This document shows positions 48,647 to 56,374 of a stretch of DNA of 64,000 nt, piece after piece. A program made the translations under genes and the position numbers. The first letter of the stretch is position 1; every line of letters begins with the position of its first letter. The stretch is from an uncultured Dehalococcoidia bacterium (lineage in GTDB: Bacteria; Chloroflexota; Dehalococcoidia; DSTF01; JACRBR01). The DNA lies in NCBI GenBank assembly GCA_964458665.1, contig CAYWOO010000192.1, positions 6,984-70,983 of the forward strand, in the 5' to 3' direction. The notes below the pieces were generated by a model that was given only the letters and a program-made list of their open reading frames with translations, had not been told where the DNA came from and made no database searches.

Positions 48647-49753
48647 ATGGCTGACATTACGATTCCCCGTACGCCGGCTGACGTCACCGCGGAATGGCTG
48701 ACCGCCGCGCTTCGCGGGACGGCGACGATCACGAAGTCGAGCGTCACGTCGTTCGATATGGAGCCCGACATCGCGGCGGGCGCCGGGTTCATGGGGCAGC
48801 TGGCGCGCGTCAAGCTGCACTACGACCAGCCCGAGCCGGGCGCGCCGGCGGTGCTGATCGCCAAGTTTCCGACGTATGGCCCGGAGAACCGCGCCATCGC
48901 CGACATGTTCCGCATGTATGAGACCGAGACGCGGTTCTACGAGGAGGTCGCGGGCAAGGTTGAACTGCGGACGCCGCGGCGCTACCACAGCGCCCGCGCC
49001 GCGGACAGCACGGACTTCATCCTGCTCATGGAGGATCTCGCACCTGCGCGCGTCGGCGACCAGGTCGTCGGGTGCTCGAGGGCGCAGGCGGAGTTGGCGA
49101 TCCGCGAGCTGGCGAAGTTCCACGCGACGTGGTGGGAGAGCCCACGGCTCGCCGAGCTGGATTGGGTGTGGCCGTTCAACCATCCCGTGCGCTCGGCGGC
49201 GGCCCAGGGCGCCTACGCGGCAGCCTGGGGGCCGTTCAAGCAGATCTGGGCGAAGCAGGTGCCCGCGGATGTGTTGGCGATCGGCGAACAGTTTCACGAT
49301 GCGCTCCCTAAACTCCTCGACCGGCTCGCTGCGCATCCCGTGACGATCACGCACGGCGACTACCGCCTCGATAACCTCTTCTTCGCGACGCCCGAGGGTG
49401 GCGATCCGCTGGCCGTCGTCGACTGGCAGATCATCGCGCTTGGCAGCGGCCCCTTCGATGTCGCCTACTTCATGGCGGGCGCGGTGCCGCCGGAGGACCG
49501 CAGGGCGATGGAGATGGATCTCCTCCGCATGTATCACGGCATCCTCCTGGAGCGCGGGGTGAAGGACTACAGCTTTGACCAGTGCCTGCTCGACTACCGC
49601 AGGGCGGCGATGTTCTGCTGGCAGTACGCGGTGATCATCGTCGGGACGCTCGACGCCTCGAACGAGCGGGGACTGGCGCTGCAAGCCACCGTCCTCGAGC
49701 GTTTTGTTTCGATCATCGTCGACCTGAACGCGGGGGAGCTGTTGTCGGCATGA
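48647..49753 (+). CDS. Phosphotransferase-family kinase (APH/choline-kinase/ecdysteroid-kinase-like)
   Basis: ATG at 48647, 9 nt after GGGAGG. ITHGDYRLDNLFF (Brenner motif) and VVDWQ. Confidence 0.8.
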   Translation: MADITIPRTPADVTAEWLTAALRGTATITKSSVTSFDMEPDIAAGAGFMGQLARVKLHYDQPEPGAPAVLIAKFPTYGPENRAIADMFRMYETETRFYEEVAGKVELRTPRRYHSARAADSTDFILLMEDLAPARVGDQVVGCSRAQAELAIRELAKFHATWWESPRLAELDWVWPFNHPVRSAAAQGAYAAAWGPFKQIWAKQVPADVLAIGEQFHDALPKLLDRLAAHPVTITHGDYRLDNLFFATPEGGDPLAVVDWQIIALGSGPFDVAYFMAGAVPPEDRRAMEMDLLRMYHGILLERGVKDYSFDQCLLDYRRAAMFCWQYAVIIVGTLDASNERGLALQATVLERFVSIIVDLNAGELLSA

Positions 49754-49808
49754 TGCGCCGGGCGACTACCATTCGGAGAGTCGGCCATCGGTACGGTGCA
49801 GGAGACGC

Positions 49809-51272
49809 ATGACCATCGAAGCGCGCATTGAATACGTCACGACGGACGAGGGCGTGAGCCTCGCCTGCACGAAGTTTGGCAGCGGGCCGCCGCTCATCTT
49901 TCACTTCTCTGGTCCGTATGTTTCGCACTTCGAGATGGAGTTCGAGTTTCCTCCCGTACAGGCGGCCTGCGAGGCACTCGCGCGTGTGGCTACGGTTATC
50001 CGATACGACTTCCGAAACACGGGATTATCGACGAGAGGCGTCGAGGACGTCTCCGTCGCGGCGCATGTCCGCGATCTGGACGCCGTGATGCGGCACTTCC
50101 AGCTCGAGTCTGCCGCGCTCCTGTACCCGTTTCATGCTGCGAAGATTGCCGTCGAGTACGCCGCCGCGCAACCCGAGCGCGTGACCGCGCTCGTGCTCTG
50201 GGCGGCGAACCTGGACGCTGCGGGATCCCGATGGGGGACGCCCGTGACCGACATTCTGAAGGCAGCGCTGCGCCTGGGACACGAAGCGTACGCGTCGCTT
50301 TTTGCGGTGATGACCGTCGGGCTCGAGGCTCACGCGAATGCTGCTTGGTACGCGCGATGGGTCTGTGAAGCTTCGAATCTCGATGACTTAATCCGCGTCG
50401 AGGCAGCAATCCACGCGCACAACTCCCGTGAAGCCGCCGTGCGAGTGCGGACGCCAACGCTCTTCGCGAGCCGGCGCTTGCCCTTTTACAACCTCGGCCC
50501 TCCAAGCCCGGAGATGATTCGCGAGCATCGTGCGTTAACAACACACATCGCTGCAACGATCCCCGGCGCCCAGTCGGCCTCGTTCGACGGAACCTCCGCG
50601 TGGATCTCGGGCGACGAGTTCGTCACTGGCCGGATCCCGAAGTTTCTCAACGAGATCCTCGCGAAAGGAGATCCGCAGGGAATCGACTCAGCTGCACCGA
50701 CATCCGGCGGCCTCCGAACGGTGCTCTTCACCGACATCGTCGGCCACACGGAGATGATGCGGCGGCTGGGCGACGCGAAGGGACGCGACGTGCTGCGCGA
50801 GCACGAACGGATCACGCGCGAGACGCTGAAGGCGCATGGCGGCGCGGAAGTGAAGACGATGGGCGACGGGTTCATGGCGTCGTTCGGCAGCGTCACGTCG
50901 GCGATGGAGTGCGCGATCGCGTTGCAGCGGGCCTTCGACGGAGCCCTCACCTCGCCACGGCGAGTCGATGACCGGCCCTCCGGGCCACCTTCTCCTAGAG
51001 GGGGAGAGGGACGCGGGAACGACGAGCGTATCGCGATCCGGATCGGGTTGAACGCCGGGGAGCCGATCGAGGAAGACGGCGACCTGTTCGGTGCGACGGT
51101 GATCCTGGCGTCGCGCATTGCCGCGAAGGCGGGGGCTGGGGAAATCTTCATCCCGGAACCGGTGCGGCACTTGCTCTCCGGTAAGGCGTTCGCGTTCTCG
51201 GATCGCGGCGAGTACGCGATGAAGGGCTTCGACGATTCCGTGCGACTGTACGAAGTCCGCTGGCGGGAGTAG
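49809..51272 (+). CDS. Alpha/beta-hydrolase-fold + class III cyclase fusion (paralog 4) carrying an in-frame REP insertion
   Basis: The cyclase half is near-identical to paralog 3 (TVLFTDIVGHTEMM...MGDGFMASFGSVTSAMECAIALQRAF). It differs by an extra loop, GALTSPRRVDDRPSGPPSPRGGEGRGNDER. Confidence 0.85.
   Translation: MTIEARIEYVTTDEGVSLACTKFGSGPPLIFHFSGPYVSHFEMEFEFPPVQAACEALARVATVIRYDFRNTGLSTRGVEDVSVAAHVRDLDAVMRHFQLESAALLYPFHAAKIAVEYAAAQPERVTALVLWAANLDAAGSRWGTPVTDILKAALRLGHEAYASLFAVMTVGLEAHANAAWYARWVCEASNLDDLIRVEAAIHAHNSREAAVRVRTPTLFASRRLPFYNLGPPSPEMIREHRALTTHIAATIPGAQSASFDGTSAWISGDEFVTGRIPKFLNEILAKGDPQGIDSAAPTSGGLRTVLFTDIVGHTEMMRRLGDAKGRDVLREHERITRETLKAHGGAEVKTMGDGFMASFGSVTSAMECAIALQRAFDGALTSPRRVDDRPSGPPSPRGGEGRGNDERIAIRIGLNAGEPIEEDGDLFGATVILASRIAAKAGAGEIFIPEPVRHLLSGKAFAFSDRGEYAMKGFDDSVRLYEVRWRE
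50943..51011 (+). repeat. Family A REP-like element inside the paralog 4 CDS
   Basis: gccctcacc[tcgccacggcgagtcgatga]ccggccctccgggccaccttctcctagagggggagagggac. Same subtype as the intergenic copies at 30076..30217. Confidence 0.8.
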
Positions 51273-51338
51273 TTGAGTCCGCGAGGCCTCTGCCGTCGTG
51301 CGCTCAACCGCACGAGCGGCTGAACGACGGAGGTGACG

Positions 51339-51880
51339 ATGCGCAAGATTGTGGCCGGGTTGTTCATCACGCTGGACGTCGTCGTCGAGTCGCCGTCGGA
51401 CTGGTGGCGCTTCGATGACGAGATGGGCGAGATATTCGCCGCTGGTCTGGCGCAGGCCGACGCCGTGCTGTTGAGCCGGCGCACGTACCTGCAGTTCGCC
51501 GAGCTGTGGCCGCAACAGGGTAGCGGGTCGCCGATGGCGGCGTTCCTGAACGGCGTTCCGAAGCACGTCGTCTCAAACACGCTGGGTTCGCCGCGTGGGC
51601 GAACTCAAGCCTGGTCACGGGCGACCTCGTCGAGGAGATCACGAAGCTCAAGCAGCAGTCCGGCAAGAACATCCAGATGCCCGGCAGCCCGACGCTCGTG
51701 CGGTCGCTGCTGTGCGCGGGGCTGCTCGATGAGCTGTCGCTGATGGTGCACCCGATCGTGCTCGGCTCCGGCATGCGGCTGTTCGACGACGTCGCGAGCC
51801 CTGTGGCGCTGACGCTCGCCGATTCGCGGGCGCTCGGAAGCGGCGTGGTTTCCGTGACGTACCGGCCGGAGCGCGCGTAA
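51339..51880 (+). pseudogene. Dihydrofolate reductase-like (RibD C-terminal domain) gene with a frameshift
   Basis: Frame A reads MRKIVAGLFITLDVV...VPKHVVSNTLG. The family-typical continuation AWANSSLVTGDLVEEITKLKQQSGKNIQMPGSPTLVRSLL...MVHPIVLGSG is in another frame (track ORF 51677..51880). The shift is near 51583..51595, at a short G run. Confidence 0.75.
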
Positions 51881-52375
51881 TTGACCGAGCGCGCGCGCAC
51901 GATCGCGACCCTCCACCTGACGTGCGGACTGCCGTGCGCAGGAAAAACGACGCTGGCGCGAGAGATCGAGCAGCGCGGTGCGCTGCGGCTGACGTCGGAC
52001 GAGTGGATCAAGCGGCTGTACGGCGATGACCCGGCGGCGCCGCGGGACGAGGCGATCCGGAGTGGCACTGAGGCGGCGCTGTTGGACGTCGCGATGCGCG
52101 TGCTGTCGCTCGGCGTCGACGTCGTGCTCGATTTCGGCGTATGGGCCCGCAGCGAGCGCGAGGAGATGCGTGCGAAGGCGGCAGCCGTGGGCGCACGGAG
52201 CGAACTGCATCTGCGGGACGCGCCGCTGGACGTGCTGATCGCCCGCGTGGCGGCGCGCAACGCCGACCTGCCGCCGGGAACGTTCGCCATCGATGAGGCG
52301 GAGATGCGGTTGTGGGCGACGTTGTTCGAGCGCCCGGATGCGGATGAGCTGCGGCGGCGAGAGCCGGGAGCGTAG
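51881..52375 (+). CDS. P-loop ATPase/kinase (AAA_33-like)
   Basis: CGLPCAGKTTLA Walker A. 164 aa with a TTG start directly after the upstream stop. Confidence 0.7.
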   Translation: MTERARTIATLHLTCGLPCAGKTTLAREIEQRGALRLTSDEWIKRLYGDDPAAPRDEAIRSGTEAALLDVAMRVLSLGVDVVLDFGVWARSEREEMRAKAAAVGARSELHLRDAPLDVLIARVAARNADLPPGTFAIDEAEMRLWATLFERPDADELRRREPGA

Positions 52376-52395
52376 CTCCGCGCGTTGCGCCAGGA

Positions 52396-52558
52396 CGCGC
52401 ACCTCACCCCGGCCTATCGGCGGGACCCCACCTCCGCGCTTCGCGCTGGTCCTCTCCGCCCGGCGGAGAGGAGTGGCGAACGATATCGTGCGTGGCCGGA
52501 TGTTCTCACGGGTGCGGGTGGCATCGGCGGGCGGTACGGGCAGGGCGGACACACAAGT
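52396..52558. repeat. Family A variant plus family C hairpin
   Basis: Family A variant at 52396..52472: gcgcacctcaccccggcc...ctctccgcccggcggagaggag. Family C at 52530..52558: gcagggcggacacacaagtccgcccctat. Confidence 0.8.
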
Positions 52559-52617
52559 CCGCCCCTATGGTGATCGATCGTGGACAGTTGGACTGGTCAT
52601 ACGGCAGGAGGTTACGG

Positions 52618-53139
52618 ATGTCGAACGAAGATCCGATGGTGCTTGCGGCGCGCGGCGTGCTGGCGACGGCGCTCGCGGCGATACGCGGGTGCGTCGAGAG
52701 CGCGTCGCCGGAAGCGCTGAACTGGCGGCCCGGTGGCGATGATACGAGCTCGATCGCAGTGCTCGCCGTGCACTCGCTTGCCAGCACGCGCGGATGGTTG
52801 GCGCGAGCCACTGGTGCGCCGCGGCCGTATCGACATCGCGACGATGAGTTCGCAGTGGTGGCGACGGACGCGGCATCGCTGCTGGTCACCTTCGACGAGA
52901 TCGCGCGCGACTGCACGGCGCTGCTCGCGCAGCCGGTTTCCGTCGATTGGAACGCGATCCTGCCGGATGTCGAGCGTATTCCGGACGGCATGCAACTGCG
53001 CACGGCGTCGACGCCACCGGAGCGCGGCTCGCCCGAGGCGGTGTCCGCGGGATGGGCGCTGATTCACGCACTGGAGCATCTGCGCGAGCATGAGGGGCAG
53101 ATGTTTCTGACGCGGCAGCTGTGGGATCGGCGGGCGTGA
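52618..53139 (+). CDS. DinB-family protein
   Basis: ATG at 52618 after AGGAGG. Four-helix-bundle-like with conserved His positions (AVHSL, HALEHLREHEGQ). Confidence 0.7.
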   Translation: MSNEDPMVLAARGVLATALAAIRGCVESASPEALNWRPGGDDTSSIAVLAVHSLASTRGWLARATGAPRPYRHRDDEFAVVATDAASLLVTFDEIARDCTALLAQPVSVDWNAILPDVERIPDGMQLRTASTPPERGSPEAVSAGWALIHALEHLREHEGQMFLTRQLWDRRA

Positions 53140-53276
53140 CCTCACCTCCGCGCTTCGCGACGGTCCTCTCCGCCCGGGGAGAGGAGGGCGACCGTGCGTA
53201 CGCGAACGGACGTAAGACGTGTGCGTGCGTCATCGGCTGCATTACGAGCAGGGCGGACACACAGGTCCGCCCGTAC
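53139..53276. repeat. Family A variant plus family C hairpin (same pairing as at 52396..52558)
   Basis: Copies at 53139..53187 and 53248..53276. Confidence 0.8.
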
Positions 53277-53351
53277 AGCGACCGATCGCGCACGCCATAG
53301 AGTTATGCGAAACGCTGCATAGTTGGTGACGGCGATCCGTTAGGCTTCACG

Positions 53352-54737
53352 GTGAGTTTCGAGCGGTATCACGAAGCGGTGGACTATCTGCAGCGGCGGC
53401 TGTGGCACGAGCTGCCGATTGTGCCTGTCGAGCGGGCGTTGCAGGCGCGTATCCGGCAGGTGCTGGCGGAGTTCGGCGATCCTCAACTGGCGATGCCCGT
53501 CGTGCACGTTGGCGGCAGCGCGGGTAAGGGTTCGACGTCGACAATGGTTGCTGCGATCTTGCAGGCCTCTGGTCTGCGGACGGGGCTGTACACATCGCCG
53601 CATCTGCAGACGTTCATCGAGCGCATCGCCATCGACGGGCGGTTGATCGCGCCGGATGAGTTCGCCGATACGGTGCTGGGGCTGGAGCCGCTGGTGCGGA
53701 AGATGCATCTCGACGTGCTCGATGGCGCCGGTTTCGGGCGGCCATCGCTGGTGGAGGTGGCGTTCGCGACGGGCATGCGGCACTTCGCGAGCGAGCGGTG
53801 CGACGCGGCGGTCGTCGAAGTGGGGTTGGGCGGCCGCACCGATTGCACCAACGTCTTTGACGAGAAGCGCGTGACCGTGTTGACGAACGTTGAGTTCGAG
53901 CATCGCGAGCGGCTGGGATGGACGCTGGAGTCGATCGCGCGCGCGAAGTCGGCGTTGATCCGCGGGCGCGAGATGGTCGTTGCGGGCTCGCTTCGTCGCG
54001 AGGCGATGGCGGTGATCGAAGCGCGATGCGCGGAGACGGGCGCGACGCTATGGCGGTTGGGGCGCGAGATCCGCGTGTCGCGGCACCCGGCGGGTGATGC
54101 GGGCGTAACGTTCGATGTGCGGACGCCGCTCGGCACGGTGCACGGGCTGCAGACATTGCTGCTGGGCGATCATCAGATCACGAACGCTGCGCTGGCGGCG
54201 GCGGCGGCACTGGCGTCCTTCGGCGCATGTGGCGACGCGCAGGAGCGGACGATACGGTGCGGGCTGGCGGCGGCCCGGTTGAACGGCCGGTTGGAATGCA
54301 TGCAGGAAGGGCCGCGCGTACTGCTCGATTCCGCGCACAATCCGGTGGAGGCGCAACATCTGGCGCGCACATTGCGCGCAGAGATGGCGCGACGCGGCGG
54401 GCGGCTGCACCTGGTGTGCGGGATTCTCGACGACAAGGATCAGGCATCGATGGTGCGCGCGCTGGCGCCTGTAGCGGCGCGCGTGACCGTGACACGGCCA
54501 CCGCTGGTCGAGCGCGCGGGCGATCCTGCCCGGATGGTGGCGCTGTTCCAGAAGGTGCTTGGTGACGATGCGGTGACGTTGGAGGCGCATCCGCAACGCG
54601 CGGTGGATCGGGCGATTGCAGACGCCGCGGAGGGCGATGTGGTGTGCGTGACCGGATCGATGTTTCTTATTGGGGCTGTGCGCGCGCGGTGGGTGGCGGA
54701 AGAGCGGATTCTTGAAGCGCGGTCGGCGGCGTTGTAG
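53352..54737 (+). CDS. folC: Bifunctional folylpolyglutamate synthase / dihydrofolate synthase
   Basis: VVHVGGSAGKGST P-loop, GLYTSPHL, and VVEVGLGGRTDCTN. Confidence 0.9.
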   Translation: MSFERYHEAVDYLQRRLWHELPIVPVERALQARIRQVLAEFGDPQLAMPVVHVGGSAGKGSTSTMVAAILQASGLRTGLYTSPHLQTFIERIAIDGRLIAPDEFADTVLGLEPLVRKMHLDVLDGAGFGRPSLVEVAFATGMRHFASERCDAAVVEVGLGGRTDCTNVFDEKRVTVLTNVEFEHRERLGWTLESIARAKSALIRGREMVVAGSLRREAMAVIEARCAETGATLWRLGREIRVSRHPAGDAGVTFDVRTPLGTVHGLQTLLLGDHQITNAALAAAAALASFGACGDAQERTIRCGLAAARLNGRLECMQEGPRVLLDSAHNPVEAQHLARTLRAEMARRGGRLHLVCGILDDKDQASMVRALAPVAARVTVTRPPLVERAGDPARMVALFQKVLGDDAVTLEAHPQRAVDRAIADAAEGDVVCVTGSMFLIGAVRARWVAEERILEARSAAL

Positions 54738-54745
54738 GCGGCGGG

Positions 54746-54781
54746 CCTCACCCCGACCCTCTCCGCCGGGCGGAGAGGGAG
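54746..54781. repeat. Short family A variant
   Basis: cctcaccccgaccctctccgccgggcggagagggag. Confidence 0.75.
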
Positions 54782-54826
54782 AACGTATTGGGATCGACGT
54801 TCGGCGAACGTACGAAAGGACGTGCG

Positions 54827-55441
54827 ATGGATTTCTTTGAGGTAGCGAATACGCAGCGGGCGATGCGGCGGCTGCACAGCGATCCGATTCCGGATGCGGA
54901 GCTGTGGAAGATCCTCGATGCGGCGACGAAGGCGCCGAACGGCGGCAACCGGCAGCCGTGGAACTTCGTCGTGGTGCGCGATGCGGAGGTGAAAACGAAG
55001 ATCGCCGGGTGGTACCTGGAGGCGTGGAACAAGATGTACGGCGGCGCGCTGAAGGATGCCATGCTTGCCGACGTGAACATGGCGAAGACGTTCCGATCCG
55101 CCGACTACCTGGCGAACCACATGGCCGACGTGCCGGTGCTGGTGCTGGCGACGATCAAGAAAGACATGGTCGCCATCGGGCCGACGTTGGGCGCATCGAT
55201 CTATCCGGCCGTGCAGAACCTGATGCTGGCGGCGCGCGCGCTGGGGCTCGGAACGGCGCTGACGACGCTGCACAAGATGCATGAGGACGACGTGAAGGCG
55301 CTGCTTGGCATCCCTGACGACGTCGAGACGATGGCGCTGATCCCGATCGGCCGGCCGAAGGGCGAGTTCGGTCCGGTGCGGCGGTTGCCAGCCGAAAAGG
55401 TCGTGTACTGGGACGGCTGGGGCAAGCAGCGCACTCGCTGA
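54827..55441 (+). CDS. Nitroreductase family protein
   Basis: Trimmed to the ATG at 54827. RRLHSDPIPDAELWKILDAATKAPNGGNRQPWNFVVV. Confidence 0.85.
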   Translation: MDFFEVANTQRAMRRLHSDPIPDAELWKILDAATKAPNGGNRQPWNFVVVRDAEVKTKIAGWYLEAWNKMYGGALKDAMLADVNMAKTFRSADYLANHMADVPVLVLATIKKDMVAIGPTLGASIYPAVQNLMLAARALGLGTALTTLHKMHEDDVKALLGIPDDVETMALIPIGRPKGEFGPVRRLPAEKVVYWDGWGKQRTR

Positions 55442-55491
55442 GCGAACCGCCGGCGCGGCGGAATCGTACGTGTGTTGGGGGGCAGAGAGGA

Positions 55492-56109
55492 ATGGCGGGC
55501 ATGACCCGTCCGTACAGGCTGGGCAAGCGCGCGGAGCAGGCAGCGCACACGCGGCAGCGCATTATCGATGCGGGGCGCGATCTCATCATAGAAGGTGGCA
55601 TCGGCGAAGCGAGCCTGGACGCTATCGCGCGGCGTGCCGGTTCGACGCGCACGACCATCTACGATCAGTTCGGTTCGCGCCAGGAGTTGCTGCTGGCCGT
55701 CATGAATGACGCCCTGGACCGCGCAGACGTGCGCGAAGTACGGAAGGCGTTGCAGCTTCGCGATCCGGTGCAGGCGATGCGGCGGACGATCCGAGCATCG
55801 TGCCGGTTCTGGGCGGGGGGCCACATACTGTTCGCGCAGGCAAAGGCGTTGGCGCTGGTGGATGCAGAGTTGGCAGCGATCGACGCGATCAAGGAAGGCG
55901 TGCGGCGCGGGCATATCACGAATCTGACGGGCCGCCTCAACGACGGCGGCTGTCTGCGGGCGGGCTGCTCCAGGCGTGCAGCGCTGGACACGCTGCTGTT
56001 CGTGACGAGCTTCGAGACGTTCGATCAGCTGCACGGGCGGTCTGGGATGTCGGTGGACGCAACAGCAGCGGCGCTCGTCGATATGGCGTCGCGGGAGTTG
56101 TTGGGGTAG
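55492..56109 (+). CDS. TetR family transcriptional regulator
   Basis: RQRIIDAGRDLIIEGGIGEASLDAIARRAGSTRTTIYDQFGSRQELL is an HTH. Confidence 0.9.
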   Translation: MAGMTRPYRLGKRAEQAAHTRQRIIDAGRDLIIEGGIGEASLDAIARRAGSTRTTIYDQFGSRQELLLAVMNDALDRADVREVRKALQLRDPVQAMRRTIRASCRFWAGGHILFAQAKALALVDAELAAIDAIKEGVRRGHITNLTGRLNDGGCLRAGCSRRAALDTLLFVTSFETFDQLHGRSGMSVDATAAALVDMASRELLG

Positions 56110-56117
56110 GAGGGAAA

Positions 56118-56340
56118 CCTCACCCCGACCCTCTCCGCCTCTCCTGCGGCGAGCAGGCCGGCGGAGAGGGGGACGACGCCATGCGCCCGGACGTGCAGGT
56201 GTACTGCGTCGATCCGGCGCCGGACTCACAGCCGAGGACGGCTATGCCACCACGCTTCGCGTCTTGTGATCGGGCGTCGATGCTTGAACTTACGCTGGCC
56301 GCCTGACGAGACGGGCGGGGCGCCCGCGCTCCATTCTGAG
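56118..56340. repeat. Family A variant (56118..56171) and a reverse family E element (56310..56340)
   Basis: cctcaccccgaccctctccgcc...ggcggagaggggg, and gacgggcggggcgcccgcgctccattctgag. Confidence 0.8.
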
Positions 56341-56374
56341 TGTCGGCCGCACTGGTCGAGCCGCCGGTTGGCTG

